From positions 18,292,001 to 18,356,000 of the forward strand of contig CM052817.1 in the NCBI GenBank assembly GCA_028534125.1: 64,000 nt of DNA. The letters run 5' to 3'. The notes beneath the pieces were generated by a model. That model saw only the letters and a list, made by a program, of their open reading frames with translations. It made no database searches and was not told the DNA's origin. This DNA comes from Lama glama (taxonomy: Eukaryota). Every line of letters begins with the position of its first letter. The first letter of the stretch is position 1. Shown one piece after another: positions 36,626 through 49,549 of the stretch. The position numbers and the translations under genes are program-made.

Positions 36626-39026
36626 AGGCCAGAAAAACCAGCCACGGGACAGGAACTTGGGAGCTGTCCAAAAGTGCTAGACTTACCAGGCGGAATTGTT
36701 GTTAGAACTTGGACTTGCTCCCTTAAGGAGTAGGGAGGGAAGGCCAGCGGTCCTCACCTTGGACACTTGCGCTGTGCCCTGCCGGGCTCCTTGCAGGTGC
36801 GGACTAAGGCACGACATGCAGGTCATGTCACACGTGGGCAGTGGGAGCCCAGGCCAGAGGTTGCCCTTTTACCCACGTGGTCAGGCTCTTCGCGTGCCCC
36901 ACTGACCTGGACACCAAATTTTTTCCCTTCTCAGGCTTCTCCAGGAAGGCCACCCCCGTGAGTGAGTGGGGACTGCTGGTGTTTTGTAAAGGATGCTGGG
37001 GTCACAGAGGGGCTCACATAGCAGAGCCCAGAGCGCCTCACACCCTGAGACACCCGTCTCTTTTCTTCCCAGGCTTCTTTGAATGTGCCCTTGACTTAGA
37101 ATCTTCCCTCCCACTTCCTCCCCACCTTCCTTCCTACCCTCCTCCCTTCCCACCTCCCCTCCTCTCAGAAGCAGAGCAGTCACTTTTCTTATCTCATGCA
37201 GAGCAGCCCCACCTGATTCTCTAATCCCAGCACCAGCTGACCTGAGCCCCTGAGTGCATTTATCAAAGAATTTGCCTGATGAAAGTGGGTCTTTCCCTGG
37301 AGGAGAGATTCTCAGACCAGCTGCTAAAAGAAAAAGCTAATATTATGGCAGGGGAAGATAAAATAAGCCTGGAAACACTGGTGGCTAGAGAGCCTTACTG
37401 GGGTGGTCAGAGCTCTGCACCAGCTGAGGGTAAAGGCTCCCTGGCTTCTGAGCGCACACCAGCGGCTTTCTCCTGGGCTCTCAGTGTGCTTTGTAGGTAG
37501 TGAGCTCACCTTCAGGGAGGATATGTCAGTTTGAACTGGAGTCATGGTCAGTCTGGCCTTTTGTCTATTCTGCTCACTTCCCTTTCTTTTACTTCCCCTT
37601 TTTCACACTTGATATTCAGTATTTATTCACTGAAGGCCTGCCATGTGCTGGGAATTAAACCAGGCATTCACTAGGGAGAGAAGGACGCTCCAGATGGGTG
37701 TAGGGAACTTTAAGAGGACTGCTGCCCGCCGTCCCCTTCTTCCTGAAAGTGCTCGCCTCCCGTTGGCATGGCGACCACTGGCGCCTTGTGTCTGTCATGA
37801 ACTGTTTTCTTGGTGGGAATTTCGGTCTTGAGGTAAGAGACGCTGGGCAGCTCCTCTCCTGATCAAGGGGCTCTGTGATGTCATGCTCAAGTGCTTGGGG
37901 GAGAGCCACGTTTCCCTCAAATGTGGAGGAGAGCAGGCGTGCACTGAAGATGAATGAACCAATACCCAGTGAGAAAGAGACAAGTTTTAGGAAGATAATC
38001 CTGGTGTATCACTCCCCAGGCTCCAGCCGTGCTGAAACTGGGCTGCATCTCTGCCCATCCCACGGTCTGGTTTCTTCGTTTTTCTATGGCGTTGAGCTAT
38101 CAAATCTCTTTTTGCCAAAACTGCTTTGAATGGAGATTCTGTCAGTTGCATCCAAACTAATAAAAGAGTAATTAAAATTGGATACGTAAGGTACTTTGCA
38201 GTGAATGAGCTTCTCTGAAAATTAAGGGAAAGGGGCAAGAGGATTGATGATTTCACATCATTCTGAACCAGTTTAAGCGAGAAGTTCTGTGACGTGCCTG
38301 GTGTAGCATCTGACACATAGCGGTCCCCCATCAATGTTAATGTCCTCCCTCCCAGCTCCTTATCTTTTCTTCCTGGAAGCCTATTTCAAGTTAGATGCTG
38401 GAAGCCAAAGACATTTTAAAGCAGGTTTTGTGTGCCCTTTTAGATTACTAATCTCCTAAGTAGCCTGGGTGATCTAATGCTTCTCTGATGTCCCAATTTT
38501 CCGTGATCTCAAGCCGAGTCTGCTTAATATATAACCAAAATGATACTGGGAAATCTGAATCACAGAGACATCTAAATGGGGGGCTCTTACTGGGAAGTCA
38601 TAGCTTTAAGAGAATAGCTTTTATAGAGAATGCCAATCCTGGGGCTTCTAGCGTCTTAGTAACTCAGTTGCTGGCTCTAATCAGAAACTGTTGGATTTAA
38701 CATGTGTGAACTTCACAGGTGCTTTATCCAAAGTGATCCCTTGACCAGTTTCTAGAATATTCTAGCCCCCTACCTTTTAAATGCTTTCTTTGTTCTTACA
38801 TGGATTGCCATTTGTTGATTCTTGACTCCTGTTAACTCTGCATGTTTTGAATAAGTCTTTACACAGGACCAAGTGTTGTCTTTGAACTAGGTCTCCATCT
38901 TGCTGGATAGTTGCTAAGTTACAGACTTCACAAGGCAACTGTTCACTTTCAGAATGAAAACATTTATAACAGAAGCGTTAATTGGGAAAGGAATCAATAG
39001 TACAGTATATGGTAAGAAATAACAGA

Positions 39027-39054
<28 letters not shown>
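39027..39054 (+). repeat. (AT)14 microsatellite
   Basis: Read directly from the sequence. Confidence 0.97.
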
Positions 39055-39057
<3 letters not shown>

Positions 39058-40014
39058 AAATCTAGGCCCTTGCAGCCAATTCTGAGTGACAGCTGTCATC
39101 AGAAATCCAAGGACAATGATGTCTACACTGAAATCCCCACGAATGTCCCGGTTTAAGCGATTTAGCAGTTCTAATTGCTATGCATGGCTTGCACATAACA
39201 AATAGCTGTAACCTTTCTGCAAAGTGCCAAGTCAGAAAATGTTAATCCACAGGGAAGCCATGGTGAGGCCGCGGCTCCAACCTGACTGGTAATTCTCATT
39301 CTTGTTCTCTGATTTAAAAGAAAAGAGAGCTCCCTCTCTCTACAGTAGCTCTGTTTGCTGTGTGTGCATTAGTAAAATTGATCTCCATGATGGTGCTTCA
39401 ACCTGAATTACTTAACAGCATCGTTTCGGGCTGCTGCAGAGGGAGAGGAGTCAGCGGGACCAGGGCTCGAGGAAGAGGCTAACGGTAATGCTGATTAAGG
39501 CTTCTGCACTTTGCAAACATGCCTGGTGGTCGCTTAGTGGCAGCCAGCTGCACTGTACACCTGGAAAACAGGCCCTTTGAGCAAGGCTCTTACTGCATTA
39601 AGACGACTCATTGCGAATTTTCCGTATTCGTTTCCATTCACTCCTCTGGTTCCTCAGGGTAATGACACAATTTGGGCTGATTTTCAAGTGGAGAGCACTC
39701 AGCCTTCCAATTCCAAAGTTTGCTTTTTATTTTTTTATTTTATAAAAGTCATAATAGAGCAGGCAAAGAGGAAAGAAAAAAAGAAAAAAGAAAAAGAAAA
39801 GATGGCAGAAGAGAAATCAAGTGAAGTGTCACCAAGCCAGGAGCTTTTTTGTTTGGAGTCTTGGGGTCTCAGCTCAGGCAAAGGGGTCCTGGGGAGAAAG
39901 ATCTTAAGGAAAAGATTGGAGCCCATGAGGCCTGCTTAGTGGGGCTCAGGGTGGAAAGCTGCAGGAACGGCCTCGGGGCTTGGGAGGAAGAATGAGCAGT
40001 TCTCTTAGGCACCA

Positions 40015-40042
<28 letters not shown>
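40015..40042 (+). repeat. (AATC)7 microsatellite
   Basis: Read directly; it abuts the L1 3' end. Confidence 0.95.
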
Positions 40043-40045
<3 letters not shown>

Positions 40046-40628
40046 TAATTAGAAGTATTGTCAGTTTAGTGTTGTGTCAATTTCTGGCGTACAGCATAGT
40101 GTTTCAGTCATACATATACATACATATAGTTGTTTTGTATTCTTTCTCATTATAGGTTATTACAAGATGCAGAATGTATTTCCCTGAGCTATACAGTAGA
40201 AACTTGTTTATCTATTTTATATATAGTAGTTAGTATCTGCAAATTTCTGACTTCCAATTTATCCCTTCCCATCCCATTTCCTCCTGTAATCATAGAAACC
40301 ATGTTTTCTATATCTGTGACTCTGTTTCTGTTTTATAAATAATTTCATGTGTGTTTTTTTTTTTTTAGATCCCACATGTAAGTGATATGCTATGGTATTT
40401 TTCTTTCTCTTTCTCGCTTACTTTACTTAGAATGACATTCTCTAGGTCCATTCATGTTGCTGCAAATGGCATTATTTTATTATGTTTTATGGCTGAGTGG
40501 TATTCCATTGTGTATATGTACACCACAACTTCTTTATCCAGTCATCTGTTAGTGGACATTTAGTCTGTTTCCATGTCTTGGCTATTGTAAATGTGCTGCT
40601 ATAAATATTGGGGTGCAGGTGTCTTTTC
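40046..40628 (-). mobile_element. 5'-truncated L1 (camelid/cetartiodactyl-type 3' end)
   Basis: gaagtattgtcagttt...gttgtgtcaatttctggcgtacagcatagtg...ttagatcccacatgtaagtgata...attggggtgcaggtgtctttt. Confidence 0.92.
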
Positions 40629-40799
40629 GACAACAAGAAATTCTCCATTGTTGAGAGGTCTGAGCAGAGCGTACATAGCCCTGTAACGATAAGAGGACAG
40701 TCATGGTGAATTCTGCCTAGACTCCGTGGTGGTCCCTAAGCTGTTCCCAACTGGAGCCTGGCTCATGCTGCAGTTGGAGTGTGGTACAACGGTGGAGGA

Positions 40800-41030
40800 A
40801 TGGCCTCAAAATCAGTTGGGCAGGGTGGGAACCCTGGCTTTTCGCTGACAGTGAGCGGGGCGACTTACTGAACCTCTCTGAGCCCTGGATTTTATACTTG
40901 TGGACTCTAACACTTACCTCACCTTCTAGAATTAGATGAATTTCTGGTGTAGAGCACTTAGCACAGTGTCTGGAGTGGAAGTTTAATCCAATATATATAA
41001 TCTTGAGTGATGACATCATAACTATCACAA
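40800..41030 (+). mobile_element. MIR remnant
   Basis: ggcgacttactgaacctctctgagccctggattt...agaattagatga...tgtagagcacttagcacagtgtctgg. Confidence 0.75.
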
Positions 41031-41144
41031 AAGGTGGAAACTCCACTGAGGTGAGTAACGTAGATGTGTTCTTATCACCTGGGCAACATGGCAGGGCTGG
41101 GGGTGGCAGCCACTGACAGAAAACATGTAGGTATGTACTGTGGA

Positions 41145-41338
41145 CCAGGCCTGGGACACAGGTAAGGAGAAGGAAGTCATAAAGTGCAGGGTCAGATCCT
41201 GTCTTTATTTAAATTTTTGGTATTTTGTTCATCATAGATCTTTTTGTCTTAGTTTTGATTTTTTTTAAAAAAAATAATGCATTGATGTATAATCTATCTT
41301 GATTCCTGAGCTTTTATGCCTTCTTAAATTTGCTGCCC
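41145..41338. mobile_element. MER96B-like hAT DNA transposon, truncated
   Basis: gcagggtcagatcctgtctttatttaaatttttggtattttgttcatcatagatc...tcttgattcctgagc...cttaaattt. Confidence 0.7.
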
Positions 41339-41340
41339 AA

Positions 41341-41532
41341 TATATCTAGAGGGAACTCTAATTTGAAAAGATACTTGCACCCCGATATTTATAGCAGCAC
41401 TATTTGCAATAGCCAAGACATGGAAACGACCTAAATATCCACTGATAGATGACTGGATAAAGAAGTTGTGGGATATTTATACAATGGAATACTACTCTGC
41501 CATAAAAAGGAATAAAATAATGCCATTTGCAG
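41341..41532 (+). mobile_element. Internal L1 ORF2 3' fragment with no tail
   Basis: ctctaatttgaaaagatacttgcacccc...gcagcactatttgcaatagccaagacatggaaac...; it translates to MWDIYTMEYYSAIKRNKIMPFAA. Confidence 0.9.
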
Positions 41533-42699
41533 CCTCTATCAGAGCCCAACATGTGGCTAGTTCCTGCAGACAGCTCTTTCAGACCCTATGTAGAGGGCTA
41601 TTTCTGAAATCTGAGGGTGAACTCTGCAAAAAGAAACCTTTGAGATTCTAAGTTGCTGCCATGTAGTTTTTCAGGGGCACCAGAACTGGCCCTGCAAAAT
41701 TCCTCCCAGGACCCAGCATTGATCTTTGATTTTAATGATGTACATTGTAGAACAGAGAACTCCTTCAGCAGGGGTGGTCCACAATGGGGAAATGTCTTCA
41801 ATGATGATGGGAAAGGCTGCAGCAAATGACAACTTCTGGGTGCCTGGAACTTTGGGGGCCAGGTTTGCTCAGTGCTGTTGCTCACTTGAGCTCAGTGAAG
41901 GTTGAATGGGAATTTTTTCCCCTCGTCTCTCCTACCCCAAGTTTCTATTATGCTAAGAAAAGTACTTTAAGCACTGACTATATTTAAAATTTTATGAGAT
42001 AATACTTGATTGTGCCTGTGATATGAAGCCTGGGGCAAAGCACTGAATTAGATGCCAAAGAGACAAATACACAAAAAACTTCCATGAATCTTTGGCATGT
42101 GTGCATCCACGTCTGCAGGCTCTGTGTTGAAAAAGCAGACACCCAAATCTGTGGGGAAAATACAGAGCAGCCCGAATCCTTTAGAAACTTCTGAGCTTAA
42201 GTCCTGTCACTTCCAAGGTCAGCACTTCAGGAATTCTGCATTTTCAAAACTTGCAACCCAGGTGAAGGAGGGCATGAAATTCAAATCTCTTGTTCTACCA
42301 TCTCCTGCTGCTTTTGAGCTCAGTAAGAATTTCAGAACGCCATTCTTTTTCATGCCTCCAGTTTATTCTGCATCACAACCCGAGGCAGCACCAACATGTA
42401 AAGGATGATTCCGCAGGTTGTAGCCACCATGCTGTTTCCCATGTCTGACAAGCCGGCGGCAGTGAGAGGCTGCGGCGGGGGCAGCGGGAAGAAAGGAAAG
42501 GCGGGGCTCCAAAGGAACCAGAGGGAGGTTATGGGAAACGAGACTCTCCTTTCTGTAAATCTGTACACACAGTGGAAATATGTTATTTTGTTTGCCCAGT
42601 GTCACTCTGGTGCATCACTCCTCTGCTACTGTATGTTTCTGAAGGTGTGAAAAAAACCATGCACAGGTAACTTCCCTTTACCCCACCTCCCACCACCCC

Positions 42700-43132
42700 A
42701 GAGCCATACTGCGCCCTTCTCAGCCTCTCTGCCTGGGAGGCTGAGCTGCAGAACTCTCATCACCTGGGCTCCCTTCCCTAAGGCTTCTGATTGGATTCAT
42801 CCAATGGGAGGCACTGAGAGGAGATGGGAGCTGGGAGAGTGAGGTGACTCCTTGGGTTCCCCCCTTCCTGGGTTCATTTCTCACTAAAACTCCCGGCTCT
42901 GCTCCTACACGTGCCCTCAATTTACACTGGTGAGAAAGTCTGGAAACTGTCTCCCCTTATGCCCTCTTTGCCTGGGAAGTGACAGCTTCTGGCCACACCT
43001 GGGGCACTGCGTCAACCCTCGTCAGTTTCCCCTCCCTGGTCCATGCCTTTGTAAACAGCCCCTTTATTTAACTCTCCTCTGTTGTCCCACTGAGTGCACA
43101 ATCTGTTTCTTATTGTCATCTTGACAGATACA
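42700..43132 (+). mobile_element. ERVL solo LTR (LTR33-like)
   Basis: ctgggaggctgagctgca...catcacctgggctccctt...ggcttctgattggattcatccaatgggaggcact...gagtgcacaatctgtttc...tgacagataca. Confidence 0.65.
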
Positions 43133-43485
43133 CACTGCATCTCACTCACCCTCAATATCTCTCTAAAATTAAAACCAACCCCCCTGGACAAGCGAATGAC
43201 CCAGGTTGGCCCCTTCATTCATGCAGAGATGGTTATTGACTATTTCTTAGAAGCCAGTTCTGTTCTGGGCATTAGGAACACATGGGTCAATGGCAGACCC
43301 TGCCTCTGTCCTCATGGCTTTTATATCCTAATGGGAGAGACTTAAAAAAGTCCTCCTCCATTTTCTTTTACTCATCCTCCATTCTTCTTCTTCACTTCCT
43401 CAGGGAGACTGTCCTTAAACCCTAGGTCAGGTCAGGTCTCCTTGATAAATATTTTCCTAGTGCTGCCTTTCCAACTCTGTCTGCA

Positions 43486-43488
<3 letters not shown>

Positions 43489-43516
<28 letters not shown>
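43489..43516 (+). repeat. (GT)14 microsatellite
   Basis: Read directly from the sequence. Confidence 0.97.
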
Positions 43517-43518
<2 letters not shown>

Positions 43519-45757
43519 TTAAAAATATAAATTTTAAATCATTCTTCTAAATCTTCAGCTCTGTGAGTGGAAGGTCTGGGGCTGTCCTGTTCATCACTGC
43601 ACCCTAATGCCCGTCGTGGTCCTCAGCACAGAGCAGACCCTTGGTAAGTGTTTCTAGAATAGACACTGTTTGAGAAGTTTCACCACCCAGGACTAGAGGC
43701 TGGCTCCCCAGCCTCCCACCCAGTTTTCTTTTCACTACAGTACAACCCTACTGTACCTGGAGCCCCCACCAGCCTCTCCCAGAGGAACCTGGAGAAATGA
43801 CATCTACCATGAGCTAGACTCAGAGCACGGACCCTCCCCCATTAGCTTTTTTCCCCTGAGATTTCTTCCCGGTTCCATCAGGCCCATCGTCTTCTCCAGC
43901 CCGAGGGACTTCCTAATCTAGTCTTGTTCCATGTGCCTTCTCTTCATTATTCTTTCCAGTTTCATCTATCACTTTTTCACTTTTAACTTTTTCTTTCTAG
44001 GTTTCATTTTGGGGCACATGTTTCTGGTGAGTTCCTGAATTTTTTAATTGTCAGAAGGGCTGAACATCAAACACCTTTCTACATTCTCTGGAAATACGAA
44101 AACAGATCTGTTCCTTTGGTTCTTATCGGACTTGCTCACCTGGAAGGCCCCTCTGTCCCTCTTCAGGTTTCTCCAGGCTGTGATTGACCAGGAAGTGTAC
44201 TTAACAGGGCCTGCAATTGACACCCCAGAGCCCCAGGCGGCAAGGCTCTGGTTGCTCGGTGAAGGCAACTTCAGAGCAAATGGATTGAAAACTTTGCAAG
44301 TCCCTAGTTCCTTAACCTCTGCTTTCCCAACACGTCCTTGATTCACAGCAGTTCTGTTAACAAGTTTGATAAGAAATAATGTTTGAAAATACCTCATTTC
44401 ACTTTTCAGTACATTTGCTTTGAAAACCTCCAGCGTTCCCACAACCTTTCCTTATCTATATCGTACCAAAGTTCCAAAGTTTAATTTTTTCCCCTCCTTC
44501 ACAGAGACCGATGTGCACACGCTCTCTGCTGACAGGATGGTAGATGGATTTACGCCAGTAATAAGAAGGGAATTTCTTCTGCTTGTGAAGAAACTCTTAC
44601 ATATGCCTCCTGAGAACCAGCCAGGACCTCTGGGATCCCAGAGCTAAGTCCACAGTCAGCAGCACATTGGATGAAGATGGGGAAGGAAGCAGGTGCGCCT
44701 CCCCACCTGGGCTTGATCCCCCAGCAGCTGGAGACAAGGGCAGCTGCGGGCTCCTTCCTGGGGCTCAAGCCATGAAGATGCCAGCATTGAGGACAAGAAG
44801 AAAAGTAAAACTCTTGAGAAGGGAAATACAGGCTTCAAAGGACACTCAGATTTGATTCTGACCCCAAAATATCTCTGCTTTGGGCTCATCACGCGTTGCC
44901 TGCAGCACACACGGCCCTTCCAGGAGCACTTCTCTGTGCTCTGTTTATTCAAATACTGTCTCCGCGCAGCTTAGAGGAACAGGAGGGCGGATAGAACAGA
45001 CCGGGGTGTTTTCTTTACAGTCTCAGGCAGGCTTGAAAAAGCAGATGACAAACCCACTCCAGCTTTTATATTTCCTCTTCTCGTACTCATTTTTCTTTCT
45101 GTACACAGTTAAGAACAAATAACAAAAACATTCTTGTGACTCTTGAGTATTGAAGCTGCCGGTCCAGGTTACATTTTGGAGAAGCATGGGCATGCTTGGT
45201 TTTGCAGTCAATTGGGAACAATTTTCAGAATGCCAGGCCCTTTCTGCACTTTTACTTTCTTTCAAATGAAAATAGCTTTATAGTTTTCACTGATCAGAAA
45301 GGTAAGCAATCTGTGTGGTTTACCAGCTTAGAATTCAGACTGAGGTCAAATCACTTTTTGTATTTCAGTAAAATGGCTTGGGCACCAGCTTTGCTACTGC
45401 AGGAATGTGTCGACCTTTCTGGGGTCTATTTTTCCCCTATGTCAAATCCAAGGACCCCAGGAACTTACTCAGTCCCAGCAATCAGTCCTGGTTACAGCTG
45501 CCTGGTGTCGGGGGAGTTGAGCCTGTGCACTGGGGCCCCCAGACCAAGGCCCGAGCTCAGTTGTGAGCTTCAGTGAGGGAGGCCAGCAGGGCTCCTAAGG
45601 GAGTCTCTTTTCTCAGGAATTTCTTAAGTTTCTACCTAGACAACCTGCTCATTGCTAGAGTGTCCACTCACACTAGACCTTCTTTATTTCTCACTCATCT
45701 GATTCCTATCCAGTTACAAACTGACCCTTACTGTCAAAATATGAGCCTGCATGTGTG

Positions 45758-46007
45758 TAGACACACACATACGGACACAGATGGACACGCAGACAGACAC
45801 ACACAGACACACACACATATCCATACAGACAAATACAGACACACACAGACAAATATACACAGACATACACACGGACACATGCCAGACGTACAGACACATA
45901 CAGACACAGACACACACAGACATACACACAGCACACAGACACACACAACTACAGACAGACATACAGACACAGATATAGACACACAAAGACACACAGATAC
46001 ACACACA
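45758..46007 (+). repeat. Degenerate CA/CAGA/CATA low-complexity array of about 250 bp
   Basis: Read directly; it produces the THTD and VCVC pseudo-ORFs. Confidence 0.95.
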
Positions 46008-46071
46008 TCTCCCAGGAGCTTCCTCATTGCCCCCATGGGGCTCCACTTCCTAACCCTGGGTTCCCCCTCCT

Positions 46072-46210
46072 AATAGTCAAAGTGTGGTCACGTGCCCAGC
46101 AGCCTCGGCATCCTCTAACTTTGTTAGAGACACAGGGTCCTTGGCCTCCCCCAGACCAGCTGACCTGGATCTGTATTTGAACATGACCCCTACCGACGCA
46201 TGCACGCTGC
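46072..46210. mobile_element. MER5A-like fragment
   Basis: tcaaagtgtggtc...ccagcagcctcggcatc...ttgttagagacacag...cccagacc...atctgtatttgaaca. Confidence 0.65.
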
Positions 46211-47379
46211 TCTCTCCCTGCTGAGAAACCTTCCCTTCTCCACCTGCTGGGCCTCTCAGATGCTGCCTGCGCATCTGGGCCAGCACCCCAAATCTGTAAC
46301 ATTGTTTCGGCCTGACCGGCAGCCTCCGTCACCACTTGTAGTCCCACCTTGAAGGGTCTTTTGGACCCTGGAGGGCAAGTCTTGTCTCTGGGTTCCAGAC
46401 CCGCTTGCCTTCTGATACACGGCAGCTGATGGAAGGGGTTTGTCTTTGGGAACATGCTCTGGAGCTTACGCTCGGAGACTTCTCTAGGCGCTCCCGTGAT
46501 GCACTGACTTAAGGGAGGGAATCCAGGCATCCAGAGTGAAGCCCTCTGGTGAGCTGCGTCCTTGGGCTCTGGCCCAGTGCTCTGCTCCCACCAGCGCACC
46601 TGCCTGTGTGTGCTGGTCCTAGCAGTTACCTCCCGGAAGTCAGGAGCTTGTGTCCCTGAAAACCTCACGGGGTAGTTACTTATCTCTCCCCCAGAACCTG
46701 ATTCTCCTTTGGTTTTAGGGTCAATGCACTTGGAACCAAAGCCTCCTCTTGCTACAGGTGAATTAATTCCCTGAGCTCCTTGCTTTTGTGAGGACATGTG
46801 GTCTGCTGCTCCTAATAGAACTCCAACCACAGTGCTGTAACCAAATAGAGGTTTATTTTCCTCGGCTGGCAGAGTTCAGAGGTAGGCTATCTGGGTTGCC
46901 TGGGGGCTCAAAGGTGCCATTGGGAACCAGGCCCCTTCTAGTTCCATGCTTCACCATCCTTAACACGTGGTTCCACCTCTGGGCATGGTGTATGGACTAC
47001 AGGCAAAAATCAGGGAAGATCTTGTGGCTGCTTGACTCTTATTATCTGTATCAGAAAAGCAATGGTTTTCTGGACGCTCCAGCAGATGCATTTCATCAGT
47101 TCAAACTGGGTGATGGGGACGTGTGAATAAGGTGAAGTGAGCCTGGTGATGGACAGATATTTATCAGTGTCTTCACAGCTGTGGTTCAGGATGCATCACC
47201 AGGCGGGATTTAGGGATTTTGATGTAGGGGTGACTGGAGAGTAGACAGGCTGCTGTGGCAGCCTGGGCAAAAGTAAGGAGGATCTCCACAAGGGTGGGTC
47301 AACTACAGGGAGGACCACCATCTTCATGGGACACCCCACCTAGGCCCTCACCTCCTCCCGTCCGGCTGCCCCCTGCTAG

Positions 47380-47950
47380 GTCTCTATTTCCACCAGTGCC
47401 CTCTACACAGCAGCCACAGCGATCTTTCAAAATACCTCTGTCCAAATCAGTGCAAATGACTCTCCTTGCCTGAAGCTTTGTGTGTCTTCCAATTTCACAT
47501 ATAAATCATAACCCCTAGAACATCTGGTGCCTGAGGAACTTCTCTGATCTCATGCCCTACCTGTCCCCCTTTCCCTCTGCTCCAGCCACACAAGCTCCCT
47601 CTGCTTTTCACAGACAGCTCAATCCTGCCCCAGGGCCTTTGAACTGGCTGTTCTCCCCTAGTCTGCCACTCTCACTCTCTTCCCCCATGTTGCTACCTGG
47701 TTGGCTCTTTCTCCTCTTTCAAGTATCACCTCTTCCAAGAGGTCTTCTTTGACCACCTGTCTTAAGTGGTCAGACACCCCACCAGCCACCTGTCTCCTAT
47801 TGATATTTCCTCTGTTTACAGCACACATGCTATCTGAGAGTGGGAATCCTCTCTGTCTTGTGCACCTGTGTCCCCGGTGCTCGGAACAGTGTGTGACACG
47901 CAGTAGGAGCACTGTACCTAGTTGTTACCTGCATGCGATAAAATGAATTA
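47380..47950 (+). mobile_element. L2 LINE 3' region
   Basis: ctctacacagcagccacagcgatctttcaaaatac...ccccagggcctttgaactggctgttc...gtcttgtgcacctgtgtccccggtgctcggaacagtgtgtgacacgcagtaggagc. Confidence 0.8.
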
Positions 47951-48829
47951 AGGGCTCTGTATTACTGCAGAGGGAGGAGCTGGTGTACCTTCCTAGACAT
48001 GAGACCTAAGAAGACTGAAACCAGGTATCAGTGCCAGAAATGCATCCAGGGGGCTTGCCGCCTGGCCGAGAAGGTAAAGATCACATAGAGCAGGCATCAA
48101 CAACAGATGGGAAGATGGGATCCTAAAGCAGGATGTAGAGAACAGATGAGGTGACTGGGGACCGGAGCAAACTCTGGGCAGGAAACTGCATTCCAGGAGC
48201 CTGGCACCGTCTGGCTCTGCTACTTTCTGGGTAGAACAGTCCCGTTTGCCCAGTTCCGGGCTGTCTTTAAAGCCCTGCCTCAGGCATCGTCAGCTTCCTT
48301 GCTTAGGGGCCGATTGGATTGCGAGGGGAGAGGGAGAATGGGAGTGCCACTCACGTTCTTCGCAGGGTGAGGGTGACTTGGGTGGTTCTGCTGGTTGAAG
48401 AGGGTTACAGAGCAGAGAAGGGGGTGAGCTGCTGGGGGTTTTACGGGTACTTCTCCAGGCCTCCTGCTCCTGGGAATGCCGATGAAGTGAGGGGTGGTTG
48501 CCTTTCCCTGTATACACTGAATCTCAGCCTCTTAAACCCTTTTTACCGAATGATATTATAGGCTACAATACCCCCAGGGTTATTGTCATTGCCACCTTTA
48601 ACAGAAGAACCCAGAATTCTCCTACTGGAATTTATCTGACTAGAATTTCTTTAGGGAAATAAACAGAGTATGATTAGAATTTAATACACTCCCAGGTGGG
48701 TTTCCCTGTATTTACTTGCTAAGCAGCCTTCTGAAAATTGACATATATATATATATATATAAAGCTCTCAGTAGTCTTTATCAAATTAAGGATGATCATG
48801 ATAAAGAATAAAGCGATAAGACTCAGTCC

Positions 48830-49170
48830 AGCTGGTCACAAATATCTGGCTCTTCTCTCCTTCCTGTATGTGATAGGATTATACCTCTCCAGTGCCTTTG
48901 TTACTTGTTTTAGCCAATGAAATCTGAGCGGAAGTGATATTGCTTCTGCGTAGAAACTTCAAGGGCCAATGAGAGATTTACTTTCTCAGGTGGTGTTGAT
49001 CATGAAATCACCTGTCAGGACGAAGCCTCCAGCAGCCTGGGCCTCTGTGACGGCTGCGTATCCTCCCACCTCACCCCACTACTGGATAGGTAGTGTGAAT
49101 TAAGATTAAGGTTAAGCCATTGAGATTTTGGTTTTACTATGCTATTGTAATATAATCTCTCCTACCGACT
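48830..49170 (+). mobile_element. Old MaLR LTR (MLT1I/J-like)
   Basis: acttgttttagccaatgaaatctgagcggaagtga...gaagcctccagcagcctggg...gttaagccattgagattttgg. Confidence 0.65.
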
Positions 49171-49549
49171 GTTAGAATCATATCTGCTCATATTTGAGAA
49201 TCGCAGGGACAGCATCTGTCAGTTACCTGTGGCGTGTGACACAAGGCACCACCTAAATATCTGGCCCATTGCTAGAGATCAAAAATTAGAAATGCTGAAG
49301 TAAGCAAACAGTGGCAACTATGCGTTAATACTTACCTACCTCGATCATATTTTGTTATGTTATGTGATTTCTATTATTTTTCTATTCAATTCTGTTGTCT
49401 TACTTCTACAATTTAATTTTCAACTTAAAAGAAATGCTAAATGAAGTCCTTTGAGCCAAAATAAAGGGCATTATACGATAACTTGAATCCACATGAAGAA
49501 ATAAAAAGGGTACTGATAACGGTAACTATTTAGGTAAATACAAAAGGCA

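Noticed and set aside
45573..46073. THTD-rich and VCVC-rich ORFs
   Set aside because: These are translations of the degenerate CA repeat.
46024..46830. Longest ORF (268 aa, minus strand)
   Set aside because: It has no recognisable domain, runs through a MER5-like fragment, and has the composition of a chance GC-rich frame.
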